A stretch of 64,000 nucleotides of DNA from Mobula hypostoma (Eukaryota): contig NC_086108.1 in the NCBI RefSeq assembly GCF_963921235.1, positions 13,330,001-13,394,000 of the forward strand, read 5' to 3'. Numbering within the stretch: the first letter of the stretch is position 1; every line of letters begins with the position of its first letter. The notes below the pieces were generated by a model, which was not told the DNA's origin, searched no databases, and was given only the letters and a program-made list of their open reading frames with translations. The position numbers were made by a program, and so were the translations under genes. This document shows positions 11,420 to 23,289 of the stretch, piece after piece.

Positions 11420-14180
11420 CCTGAAAGCAGTGGACCCGTCCTTGTGGGCATTGCACAAGGATCACACAGGTCCAGTTGCCTCTGCGGCGCCCCATCCCAC
11501 CGAGCCACACTTAAAAACACATTATCAAGACTCTTGTACGGCCAGGAGTGCTACGCATGATGCAAAGCCTTGCAATACACCACATTGCCGATCCTTAAAC
11601 CGGGCAAGCTGGACTAATGGCCGTTTGTGCAAGATTTATGGGCTAGCAACCAGACAGTATGGCCCATTTTCCAGGTTGTACAGGACACAACTGTTACTTC
11701 GGCTTCTGTACCATCGGAGTATCGATGGTATATGGTTACTGACCTCTGCGCTACCTTCTCAGTCCCACCGCATGAACACAGGCAGTACCTGTTCACCTTT
11801 ACGTATAATAGACAACAATATACCTGGACAAGGTTGTCTCAGGGCTATACTGAAAGCCCAGCCGTATATGGAGAAGCGGTAGGAGACGATCTGAACACAT
11901 TACTGTTGCCAGGCACTAGCATGATTTTGCACTATGCTGATCTGCAGCTGGCCTCCAAGTCATTGGCGGACTGCCAGGAAGATTCTGCAACGCTGTTAAA
12001 CTACCTGACAGCCCATGGACAACGAGCCTCATTATCTAAGTTACAATTCTGCCTAACACCTGGCACCTATTTGGGCTATGTTCTGCAGCAAGGCACTAGC
12101 CACAAGGCACTGATGACACAACAATTGTCGGCCGTATCTCAGGTAATGATGAGTTTGAGTACAGAAAGGAAATTAAGAACCTGGTGGCATGGTGCGAAGA
12201 CAATAACCTATCCCTCAACGTCAGCAAGACGAAGGAATTGGTTGTTGACTTCAGAAGGAGTAGCGGACCGCACGACCCAATTTACATCGGTGGTGCGCAA
12301 ACGGAACAGGTCAAAAGCTTTAAGTTCCTTGGGGTCAATATCACAAATGACCTGACTTGGTCCAACCAAGCAGAGTTCACTGCCACGAAAGTCCAACAGC
12401 GCCTTTACTTCCTAAGAAAACTAAAGAAATTTGGCCTGTCCCCCAAAACTCTAATTTTTATAGATGCACCGTAGAAAGCATTCTTCTAGGGTGCATCACA
12501 ACCTGGTATGGAAGTTGTCCTGTCCAAGACCGGAAGAAGCTGCAGGAGATCGTGAACACGGCACAGCACATCACACAAACCAATCTTCCATCCTTGGACT
12601 CACTTTATACCGCACGCTGTCGGAGCAGTGCTGCCAGGATAATCAAGGACACGACCCTCTCAGCCAACACATTTTTCGTCCCTCTTCCCTCCAGGAGAAG
12701 GCTCGGGAGCTTGAAGACTCATACGGCCGGATTTGGGAACAGCTTCTTTCCAACTGTGATAAGACTGCTGAACGGATCCCGACCCGGATCTGGGCTGTAC
12801 CCTCCAAATATCCGGACCCAAATCTCGTTTTTTTTGCACTACCTTAATCTCCATTTTTCTAATTTTTCTATTTATGATTTATAATTTAAATTTTTAATAT
12901 TTACTATCGATTTGTAATCCAGGGAGCAGGAAGCGCAGAATCAAATATCGCTATAATGATTGTACGTTCTAGTATCAATTGTTTAGCGACAATAAAGTGT
13001 AGGAGACTTGGCCCTGAATGCGTGTCTGCCACCTCCGAGACTAGAATTTTTTTTTTAAAAAAGGTACTTGCATTCTTTGTAATGACAGATTACTGTCGAC
13101 ACTGGGTTGCTGAAGACAGAACCCATGATGCTGTGCTATGGACAGCCATACTACAGGACGCACCGTCTCAAGTTAAGTGGAGCCCTGAAATGGAATCGCC
13201 ATATGAGGCTCTGGAGAAGGAATGCTCCACACACCAGCCTTGGGCATTTCTGACTACTGTAGATCCTTCCAGTTATATACTAACGAAAAGGAGGGATTTG
13301 GACTCAGGAACACGGTGGTTTGACAAGGCCGGTGGCATATTACTCCACTCAATGGTGCGCGACCTGTCTGACTGCCGACGAGCTGTAGCGGCGACAGCAC
13401 TGATGGTCGGAAAGGCAACGCCTATAATATTGCAGCATTCCTGCAGAGTATTGATTCCTCATTCAACGGCTACACAACACTTCACAGCAGCAAGGCAAAC
13501 AGTACATATCTAATTCCTTCTATCGTGTAGACCTAATGATTTTGAGACACTGCCTGGATATGCTTCGAGCTGTTGTAAGGTTCCTTCCCTTCAGGGGCAT
13601 CAGCGCAAGCAGCGGAGCCATTTGCACTCAATGGCGCTTGCATCTTGGCCGAGAGTAAAACTGAATACCTACACCGAATCAAGAAATGGGTTTGCGGTAG
13701 CACGTGATTTCGGTGACCCACGGCAACATTGGGGATTCATTACTTCCGCTGGTAAATGGCATGCCCAGTTTATTAGGAATTTGCCACAGGCTGTTTTATT
13801 GCCACAGCAGATTGCTGTAATTAAATGTGAAGCCCATACGCGTAGCTCTGACCCGTGGCACAAGGTAATCCTGCAGCCGCTATATTTGCCGTCCTTTCCA
13901 GCAGATATACTTACAGCATGTCTGACAATGAATTTACAGCGGTCTACACCTGGACTCCTACCATAGAGTCCTTACTGGCTGAGCAGCAGGTGGCCAGTGC
14001 AGAGGCACAGCCGCTTTGGAAAAATAAACGCTGGACCCGTGATGCTGGTGAATTATGGTCACACCCTGGTCACCGCAGACTTCTCTATGCTCTTGTTAGG
14101 CTAGGAAAAGGATGAGTGACACACCAAATTGGGCAGCAGTGCTTTGCACCAGGGCTAACAGTAGCAGCAGAACAGTTATT
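11420..14180 (+). pseudogene. pol: ERV pol (RT, connection, RNase H, integrase N-terminus), split by a LINE insertion
   Basis: ORFs 11409.., 11627.., 12956.., 13622.., 13855.. and 14116.. carry successive Pol motifs. LQQGT (to 12097) rejoins RRLGPE (from 13001) across the insertion. Confidence 0.88.
12100..12999 (+). mobile_element. Rex1/Babar-like LINE, 5'-truncated, inserted in ERV pol
   Basis: WCEDNNLSLNVSKTKELVVDFRR, FKFLGV, QQRLYFLRKLKK, FYRCTVESIL, NSFFP; ends gacaataaagtg; TAG on both sides (12097-12099 and 13000-13002). Confidence 0.88.
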
Positions 14181-14187
14181 CAAACTT

Positions 14188-14277
14188 GAGAAAATCTGCA
14201 GATGCTGGAAATGGTGCAGGACCTCAGCGGGCCAGGCAGCATCTATGGAAGAGAGTAAAGAGTTGGCGTTTCGGGCC
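14188..14277 (-). mobile_element. Penelope-like terminal-repeat fragment with half a hammerhead motif
   Basis: ctgcagatgctggaaat...ggcagcatctatgga...gcgtttcgggcc matches the reverse complement of the type of tail at 48770-48853. Confidence 0.65.
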
Positions 14278-15121
14278 AAAAAGTTCTATTTTAACTTCAT
14301 TAATCCACAGGACTTGCTTCCAAAATGCATCAGGCTTGTTTAGATATTCCTTTGAACCTTTTGAATAGAACTTTTTGGCCACAATGAGCAAAGGTATATT
14401 TGGAGAAAACAAGGTGCAGAATTTCATAAAAAGAACTCCTCTCCAACTGTTAAGCACAGGAGTGGATCGATCATGCTTTGGGCTTGTGTTGCAGCCAGTG
14501 GCACAGGGAATATTTCACTGGTAGAGGGAAGAATTAATTCAATTAAATGCCAGCAAATTCTGGAAGCAAACATCACACCGTCTGTAAAAAAGCTGAAGAT
14601 GAAAAGAGGATGACTTCTACAACAAGATAATGAAAACACCTCAAAATCCACAAGCTGAGGTGCAAGCTGAAGATTTCGCCATGGCCCTCACAGTCCCCTG
14701 ACCTAAACATCATCGAAAATCTGTGGATAGAACTCAGAAGAGCATTGCATGCAAGACAGACCAAGAATCTCACAGAACTAGAAGCCTTTTACAAGGAAAA
14801 ATGGGGGAAAATCCCCCAAACAAGAATTGAAAGATTCTTAACTGGATACAAAAAGCGTTTACAAGCTGTGATAGTTGTCAAAAGGGGTGTTACTAAGTAC
14901 TACCATGCAGGGTGCCCAAACTTTTGCTCCGGGCCCTTTTTCCTTTTTGTTATTTTGGAACTGTAAAAGATGGAAATAAAAAGTTTTCTTGCTTAAAATA
15001 TTAAAGAAATGTGTCATCTTTAACTTTATGCCTTTTAGAAATCAGTTCATCTTTTACTCGCTTAGCTATTCACAGTAACAGAAATTGTGACCGGGGGTGC
15101 CCAAACTTTTGCATGCCACTG
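14274..15121 (+). mobile_element. Tc1-family DNA transposon, 3' half with IR/DR-type right end
   Basis: QQDN, WPSQSPDLNIIENLW and KRLQAVI..VTKY. Repeat gggtgcccaaacttttgc at 14910 and 15095. Terminates CACTG followed by TA (15122-15123). Confidence 0.9.
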
Positions 15122-15199
15122 TATATTGGTCTGACACATCCAAATAATCAGTTCAGTGTAATTGAAATGCCATTAAAACTCATTTTGTAGAATGACTGA

Positions 15200-15846
15200 A
15201 ACTCTTGTCAGTTAGCACACTGTAAATCTCAAGGCTACCCAATCCTGTGTCAATCTCATCATTATCCGATTTTTCATAAAGAGCATGTACATTAGTACTC
15301 TTTTTGAAACTGCAACTTGAAATTTTACCTTTTTCTGTTCGCTGTGATGTCCAGTTATTTTTATCTGCCGACATGCTCTTCGTATATATCCTAATATATT
15401 GCCTTTTCTGAATTGGTGTGGTGTATGTGAGCTACTATCACAATGGTAACACAACTTGTTGGCTAGGCCGGTTTCTACTTCGATATCACAATTTTCTTCA
15501 CGCTCACTTTCATTCCTGACTGCAACTCAATGTGTCTCTGTCTCCCAGTTCCATTGATACAGCAATTTCAACTGCTCTTTTAAATGAGGGTTGGGCTTCA
15601 GTTAGGAGTCATTTTTGAATGCCTTCATGTATGATTCAACAAACCAAACGATCCCTCAGTGTATCATTAAGCCCATAACTGAACTGACGATGCTTAAACA
15701 ATTTCTTCAGTTCAGCCACATAAGCTGAAATGGACTCACCTTCCTTCTGATTCCACTTATGAAACCTAAAGCATTCTGCAATCCACAATGGTTTCAGTTG
15801 CAAATGTTCCTGCAATACTTTCATGATATCAGCAAACTTCATTCTG
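15200..15846 (-). mobile_element. Gypsy gag fragment (distal part)
   Basis: KPLWIAECFRFHKWNQKEGESISAYVAELKKL...LRDRLVC, with a decayed Cys-knuckle region near 15370-15450. Confidence 0.8.
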
Positions 15847-18800
15847 ATAAGTCCATAAGATATAGGAGCGGAATTAGGCCATTTAGCTGATCAAGACCGA
15901 TCCATTTCCCATCTCAGCCCCAATGTCCTGCCCTGACTAATCAAGAATCTATCCACCTCTCAGCCTTAAATATACATAAAGACTTGGCCTCCACAGCTGC
16001 ATGTGGCAAAGAATTCCATAGATTCACCACTCTATGGCTAAAGAAATTCCTCCTCATCTCCATTCTAAAAGGACATGCTTCTATTCTGAGGCTGTGTCCA
16101 CTGATCCTATATTCTCCCACCATAGGAAACATCCTCTCTACATCTGTTCTATTGAGGCGTTTCAACATTCGATAGGTTTAAAATAGGTCCCCCATTATTC
16201 TTCTGAATTCCAGTGAATATGGGCCCAGAACCAACAAGCTCACTTCATATGACAAGCCATTCGATCCTGGAATCATTTTTATGAACCTCCTTTGAACCCT
16301 CTCCAGTGTCAGCATGTTTTCTAAGATAAGAGGCTTAAAACTGCTTACAATACTCCGTGAGGCCTCACCAGTGCTGTATAAAGCCTCAACAATACATCAT
16401 TGCTTTTATATTCTAGTCCTCTTGAAATGAATGCTAACACCACATATGCCTTCCTCACCACTGACCAAACCTGCAAATTAACCTTTAGGGATTCCTGCAT
16501 AAGAGCTCTCAAGTCCCTTTGCACCTCAGAATTTTGAACTTTCTTTCTAATCAGAAAATAATTTACCCTTTCATTTCTTCTACCAAAGTGCATGACCATT
16601 CACATCCCAACACTGTATTCCATCTGCCATTTCTTTTCCCATTCGCCTAATCTGTCTAAGTCCCTCTGTAGCCTCTCTACTTCCTCACGACCACCTGCCC
16701 CTTCATCTATCTTCATATCATCCCCAAGCGTTACAACAAAGCCATCCATTCCATCATCCAAGTCATTGACATTTACTGACCTGCAGCCAATCAGGAAAGG
16801 CTCCCTTTATTCCCACTCTTTGTCTCCACCCAATCAGCCACTGCTTTATCCATACTAGAATCTTTCCTCCAAAACCATGGGCTCTCAACTTGTAAACAGC
16901 CTCATGTGTGGCGCCTTGACAAAGGCCTTCTGAAAATCCAAATACAGAACATCAACCAATTCTCCTTTGTCTATCCTTCTTGTTATTTCTTCAAAGAATT
17001 TCAACAGATTTGTCAGGCAAGATTTTCCCTTGAGCAAAATATGCTATGAGCTAATTTATCATGTGCCTCCAAATACTTCAAAACCACATCCTTAACAGTC
17101 AACTCCAACATCTTCCCAGTCACTGAGGTCAGACTAACTAGCCTATAATTCCCTTTCTTCTGCCTCTCTCCCTTGAAGAGTGGAGTGATATTTGCAATTT
17201 TCCGATCTTCAGAACTATTCCAGAATCTAATGATTCTCAAAAGGTCATTACTAATGCCTCCACAATCTCTTCAGGCACCTCTAATCCCTGACACTCTGAA
17301 ACTTCCGCATACAGCTAATGTTTTCCACAGTGAAGACTGATGCAAAATACATATTCAGTTCGTCCGCCATTTCCTTGTCCCCCATTACTACCACTCTGGC
17401 GGTCTGATATCTACTCTTGCCTCTCTTTTAACTTTGTATATCTGGAGAAACTTTGGCTAGCTTACTTTTATATTCCATCTTTTCCTTCTTAATGACTTTT
17501 TTATTTGCCTTCTGTTGGTTTTTAAAAGCTTCCCAATCCTCTAACTTTCCACTAATTTTTGCTGTATTGTATACCCTGTCCATTCCAAATTGCTTCCAGA
17601 AATTCCAGCCACTTCAGCTCTGCTGTCATCCCTGCCAGTGTTCTTTTCCAATCAATCAATTTTGGCCACCTCCTCTCTCATGCCCCTGTAATTCCCTTTG
17701 CTCCATTGTAAAATTCTGATAAATCTGACTTTAGTTTCTTATTCGCAAATTTCAGGGTGATTTATATCATATTGTGATGACTTTCCCCATAGTGTTCTTT
17801 TACCTTAAGTTCTCTAATCAATTCTGTTTTATTGCACAACACCCAGTCCAGAATGGCTGATCCCACAGTGGGCTCAACCATGAGCTGCTCTGTAAAGCCA
17901 ATTCTTAGGCATCCTAGAAATGTTGCGCTCTTGCGCTCCAGCATCAACTTAATTTTTCCAATTTACCTGCATATTGAAATATTCCATGACTATCGTAATA
18001 TCGCACTTTTGGCATGCATTTTCTACCTCCCATTATAATGTGCAGACCGCATCCTTACTACTGTTTGTGGGTCTGTATATAACTGGCCTGCTGAATTCCT
18101 CCAGCATTTTGTGTGTGTTGCTTTGATTTCCAGCATCTGCAGATTTTCTCTTGTTTGTAATGCCCATCAGGGTCTTTTTACCCTTGCAGTTCCTCAGCTC
18201 TACCCACAACGATTCTGCACCTTCCAATCCTATAACACCTCTTTCTAATGATTTGATTTCCTTTCTGACCAACAGAGCCACACCACCCCCTCAGCCTACC
18301 TATCCTTTTGATGCAATGTGCTCCCTTGGACGTTAAGCTCCCAACCCTGATCTTCCTTCAGCCATGAGTCAGTGATGCCTATAACATACTTGCCAGTCTG
18401 TAACTGTGCAACAAGTTCATCTACCTTATTCCATATACTGCCCGCCTTCAGATATAACACCTTCAGTCCTGTATTCAACCTTTTCAATTCTGTCCACCTT
18501 TTACATTGCAAGTCACCCTGTTGACTGGAATTTTGCCCTGTTATCAGTCTACACATTGCTTCTGTTTGTAAACCAACTACCTCATCCTAACATTATCACT
18601 CTGGTCCCCATTCCCATGCCAAATTAGTTTAAACCCTCCTGAAGAACTCTAGGTTGTTTGCACCCTCAGGACAGGTGTAACCCATCACTTTTGTACAGGT
18701 TGTACTGTGGCGGGGTCCTAAATTACTCCTATGAACTGTGCTCGATTACCCCATAAACTGTGCTTTTGAAAAGAGAGAGAGAGAGAGTTATTTAACACCG

Positions 18801-20839
18801 ACATCTTGTTTTTAAGAGAGAGAGAGAGAGAGACGAAGGCTGCTTTGAGATGGTGTTATGAACCCCTAAGGTTCACATTTCCTGTGGACTGTCACTTTAA
18901 GGCACGAGGAGGAACTGAGACTAACTTTTGGATTTCTGCTGAGTTCGGAGAGAGAGGGCACCGAGCAGCACGTAAGTCGCTATGGTGACCAAGGGCAGCA
19001 TTATTTGATGGACAATCGATGTTATGGTTTCTCTGGAGTGTGTTTATACTTCCCAAGGACATGGCCTGCTTGTACATTCCTACACAGACCAAGAAGGGAG
19101 GAGTTATTTGAGAGACAGTTGGTACTCTGTACGGTGAGATAAATAGGAGGTCAAATGATAGACCTGCAACACATGTCTTTGGACACTGAATGAGCTTTGT
19201 TGTGCCCACAGAAAAAGTGGGTTTTTGGAGGATCGATCAGTGGGTCTTGCAGTGAGAAAAGGGAGTGACCAGTGGGGAGTTGTCCATGCGTCCAACCTTT
19301 GCCTGGGTTGATGATTTCATCACAGAACGGTCCCCTTTGTTGAAGTCACAGTCGGTGACTTTTAAAGTATTTTGGAGGACAACAGGAAGATCGATGGCGT
19401 CAGCTCATCTGAAGACTCAAATCTCTCCCTCTCTCTCTCTCTCTCTCCATCACTACTCAACTCAATACCACGAACTGAACTGAACTTTACTCATTATCTT
19501 AAGACTATCTATTTACCCCTAGACTTGAAGAAGCTTGGTTGTCATATATATTCCACGCCTACTTATATATAATCATTGCTAACCTGTTTGATTCATCTGC
19601 ATTTATATTACTGTATTGCGCAGTTACTAATAAATACCATTAGTTAACAGCAATACTGGACTCCAGAGTGTTTTCCATTTCTGCTGGTTCTTTAACCCAT
19701 CAAGGGGTACGTGACAGTACCTTCCCCAGAAGTGGTCCCAATGATCCATAAATCTGAACCCCTGTCCCCTGCACCAGTTCCTCAGCCATATATTCATCTG
19801 CCAAATCATCTTATTCTTATTCTCACTGGCATGTGGCACAGGCAGCTATCCAGAGACTTTCTCAGCTTTCTACCTAGATCCCTAAAATATCTCTTCAGGA
19901 CCTCCTCACTTTTTCTACTTATGTCATTGGCACCAATATGTACCAAGACTTCTGTTTGTTCATCCTCCCACTTTTAGAATGCCTTAGTCCCGATATGAGA
20001 TATTGCTAACCTTGGCAAACCAGGAGGCAACATACCATCCACGTTTCTCTATTGCACCCACAGAACCTCGACTCTCTTCCTCTGATTAGGGAATCTCCTA
20101 TCAACACTGCGCTGCTGTTCACCTCTCTGCTTTGCTGTGCCACAGCACCAAACTCGGTGCCAGAGACCCGGTCACTGTGGCTCCCCACTGGTAGGTTGTC
20201 CCCCTCAATAGCATCTAAAGTTGTTTGTTTATTATTGAGGGGAACAGCCACAGGTATACCCTGCACTGGCTGTCTATTTTCCCCTTCTTCTCCTGACAGT
20301 CACCCAGTTGCCTGTTTCCTGTAACCTAGGGGTGTCTATCTCCCTATAGCTCCTGTCTTTCACCTCCTCATTCTCCCATATGAGCTCGTTCTCTTCGGAG
20401 ATGCAGCTCAGTGCACCTGGTGCAGATGTGTTTATCCAGGAGAATGGAGGTCTCCCAGACTTCCCACATCTCACACAGAGTACAAAACACTGCTCTGGAA
20501 CCATCCTCAGCACACTACTGTGTCCTTACGGAAGAGGAATGAACAATTACTAACAAGGAGAGAAACTTATCAGATACTTAACCTCACCCAAGCCTGACCT
20601 TACCTAAACCTGATGAGCTAAAGCCACTCTAAACAATGGCACACTCAAAAGAAAGGCTGACCCGCTTGCACTTGCATTATTTTTATTCGTCGTTTCTAAT
20701 AAGTCCCGCTTGGAGACTGGTTGCAGTCCAACTCCAAGAATCTGCTGCGAAGCTCTGGCCCTTAAATATTGATTGCAGACCTGATTGAAACTGTTGCTCT
20801 CCGTGCGTACTCCCGCTCGGTGATTGGTTGCAGTCCAGC
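15847..20839 (-). mobile_element. Near full-length CR1 LINE (5' UTR, zinc-finger/esterase ORF1, ORF2, 3' UTR), decayed
   Basis: ORF1 CVRC, VLIGDSLIRG, WLRNWCRGQGFRFMDHW. ORF2 endonuclease and RT motifs to the 3' UTR near 15855. Flanked by TTCTG at 15842-15846 and 20840-20844, inside Gypsy gag. Confidence 0.88.
18706..19716 (+). mobile_element. Solo LTR inserted in CR1 ORF1
   Basis: TGTGGCG...CGTGACA with perfect 4-bp TSD GTAC (18702-18705 and 19717-19720); AATAAA near the 3' end. Confidence 0.9.
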
Positions 20840-21015
20840 TTCTGGTTGGTTTGGTTGGAACAGTCAAACTTCTAAACAAACTGTTTGCTTTCCCACCTAT
20901 TGCAGTCTGTAATACTAGCATTTGCTTCTCATTGGCTATTTCATTTGTTTCAAAATACTGCTCAATCCATTCTGTATAAATCACCCAGTTATCTTTTGTG
21001 CAATTGAACGTGACT
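20840..21015 (-). mobile_element. Gypsy gag fragment (N-terminal part; continues at 15846)
   Basis: DNWVIYTEWIEQYFETNEI...AIGGKANSLFRSLTVPTKP joins MKFADIMKVL at 15842. Confidence 0.8.
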
Positions 21016-21017
21016 AT

Positions 21018-22080
21018 TGTCTGGTTGCCTGGAAATTTGCGAATGTCACCCCATTCTTTAAGAAGGACAGAAGAAAGGAAATTATATATGGCCTCGGTAG
21101 TCTGACTTGAGTGGCTGGGAAGATGTTGGAATCTATTATTAATGATGAAGTTTTGGGGTACTTGTAGGCACATAATAAAATAGGCCAAAGTCAGCATGGT
21201 TTAGAAAAAGGATCTAGTGCTTTCCTGGTGTAAATGATGAATAAACTCTTTTTGGGCTGTAAGCCAGGTACAGGTATCAATTATAACTGATGTTTTGATG
21301 ACAAATTCTGCCATTTTCTTCAGAGATGATGCCTGGATATGTCTAGGCCATTGATATTTATACCCCCGTAGTCCGTCCCTCCTGATTGGTTAGTCCTCAT
21401 CCAATCAGGTTTCTGCTCTCCCGTCTTGTTTACAATCGAATCAGTTCTTATTTAGAGTGAGACCTTCATCTTTGTTAAAATTGTTTTCCTCTAGTTTTAT
21501 TTCAATAGCTTCCTTTACCAGGCAGTTCCAAAAGTTATTGGTGCGGAACAGTAGTTTTGTGCCGTCAAAGTCAATCCTGTGGCCATTGTGAATGCAGTGT
21601 TCTGCTACCGCTGATTTCTCTGAGAAACCCAAGCAGATACACCTCCTGTGCTCCTTGATGCAGATTTCTACTGTGCCTCCTGTCTGTCTGATGTACGCTG
21701 CTGCAGGGAATCCTGTAAATGGCTCTTGGACTACCAGATAAAGATGGGAGTGTTTGTCATCGAAATGTCAGTTATAATCGATACCTGTACTCGGCCTGAA
21801 GCCTGAGAATAGTTTATTCGTCAGTACGGTTTCCTTCAGGGGAAATCTTGCCTGACAAATCTGTTGGAATTCTTTAAGGAAATAGCAAGCAGGATAGACA
21901 AAGAAGAGTTAGAGGATGTTACTTACTTGGGTTTTCATAAGGCCTTTGACAAGTACATGAGGTTGCAAAATAAGATAAGAGCCTATTGTATTGCAGTAAA
22001 GATACTAGTATGGATAGAAGATTAGCTGACTGGCATGAGGCAAAGAAATGGAAAAAGAGAGCCCTTTCTGGTGGGCTGCT
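21018..22080 (+). mobile_element. CR1 RT fragment interrupted by a Penelope-like element
   Basis: WKFANVTPFFKK, agtcagcatggttt, and after the insertion GKSCLTNLLEFF and KAFDK. Confidence 0.8.
21235..21823 (-). mobile_element. Penelope-like element fragment (GIY-YIG C-terminus) with inverted partial terminal repeat
   Basis: EKSAVAEHCIHNGHRIDFDGTKLL...KEAIEIK...NFNKDEG. Segments 21235-21316 and 21741-21823 are inverted copies carrying hammerhead-like motifs. Confidence 0.85.
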
Positions 22081-22109
22081 GGGGGTGTTCTGGAGTTATG
22101 GTTGTCATG

Positions 22110-22975
22110 TGTGACGCCAAGCAGAGCTACAGGACGGATGATGCTAATGAGAGAGATAACGAAAGACAATGGAGAAACATTCAAGATGCTAATAAGAGAG
22201 AAGAGAGGGATTAACGGGAAAGAAACACAATTCAGATATTGACAGACCGATTGCTTTGAACCTGAACTGTTTGAAGTTTGGTGGACAGGTGATACCCCAG
22301 CAGGGGGATAAAAGGAGCAGGTTTGCTAAGGCACAAAACACACCATGAGACCCTGGAAAGAGCAGTGTGCCCCCCCACAAGTGGTGGGAGTTTGGAGGAC
22401 TGGTTCACGGGAACCGATCAGAGGCTCACAGGGTGTAAAGGTACGATCGGTGGGAACCCGGGGTGTGTATCCGCCCTTGCCTGGGTGCCGGGTTCACCGC
22501 GGAAGAACAATCGTATCCGGAATGGAGGGGTCACAGTCGGTGACCACAGCAGGATTATAAGACATCAAAAGGTCTGCCCGAAACCAACAGCGAAGACATC
22601 AAAAGGTCTGCCCGAAACCAACTGCGAAGACGTCAAAAGGTCTGCCTGAAACCAATTGCATCTCCCACTCTCTCTCTCTCCAACGGTACAACAACAGTGA
22701 CTACTTCGAACTGCACTAAACTGAACTGAACTCTGCTTCACTTAAGTCTGAACATTTTACCCCTAGACTGCGATAGAGCTTGGTTGATTCCTATTATCCT
22801 ATTTCTGTGTATATGTGTGTATTATCATTGCTAACCTGTTACATTTATATCCTTACAATTAGTGTACTGTACTATTTATTTCTTTAATAAAACTTTATTA
22901 GTTCCTAGTAATCACAGACTCCAATGAGCGTTCCATTTCTGCTGGTTTGGCAACCCAGTTACAGGGTACGTAACA
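22110..22975 (+). mobile_element. Solo LTR related to 62024-62882 and 18706-19716
   Basis: TGTGACG...CGTAACA; shared 3' end ccatttctgctggtttggcaacccagttac; TSD not clean. Confidence 0.85.
22559..22660. repeat. Three tandem copies of a 34-bp unit inside the LTR
   Basis: AAGACATCAAAAGGTCTGCCCGAAACCAACAGCG x3 with few substitutions. Confidence 0.9.
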
Positions 22976-23289
22976 TGGTATACAGCAAGAATAATCCCAA
23001 CAGCAACCAGTCTTTAGACTTGAATGTGGATTGTAGATTGAGCTTAAAATGCAGCCCAGAACAATGGTCTTCCTGAAGCTGCAGACTGGTGTTGATTGCA
23101 AACCAGGAAACATCCATTCACCTGCACGAATGCAGCTGCAGAGTCAGTGGGGATTAACGTTCATTTTGGGTGTCTGGAGTGTGGGTGCGAAGAAGGTGTT
23201 TGAAAACTATATCCAATTCAAAGGAAGCATTGTAGATATATTGTAACTATAGAATTGTCCTGTGGTTACCTTTGATCCTTAGCCTATAA

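Larger units (their letters stand above)
9379..14180 (+). mobile_element. Degenerate class I (epsilon/gamma-like) endogenous retrovirus: LTR-PBS-gag fragment-pol; no env or 3' LTR seen
   Basis: Retroviral RT (PCNTP, FVQDL, QYLFTFTY..QYTWTRLSQGYTESP, HYAD-L, KLQFC, YLGY), connection (YCRHW, RAVAATALMVGKA), RNase H (SAQAAE, NTYTESR, IAVIKCEAH, GNPAA) and integrase start (GKG..FAPGLT) in correct order downstream of an LTR and PBS. Confidence 0.88.

Noticed and set aside
11627..12355. 242-aa ORF as a single novel RT protein
   Set aside because: Chimeric: ERV RT to about 12099, then an off-frame read of the inserted Rex1-like LINE; the RT catalytic motif has lost an aspartate.
20604..21197. 197-aa minus-strand ORF as a gene
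   Set aside because: Chance fusion of antisense CR1, a Gypsy gag piece and CR1 5' UTR.
22559..22660. 34-bp direct repeats resembling a CRISPR array
   Set aside because: Units are contiguous with no unique spacers, lie in a solo LTR in vertebrate DNA, and no cas genes are present.
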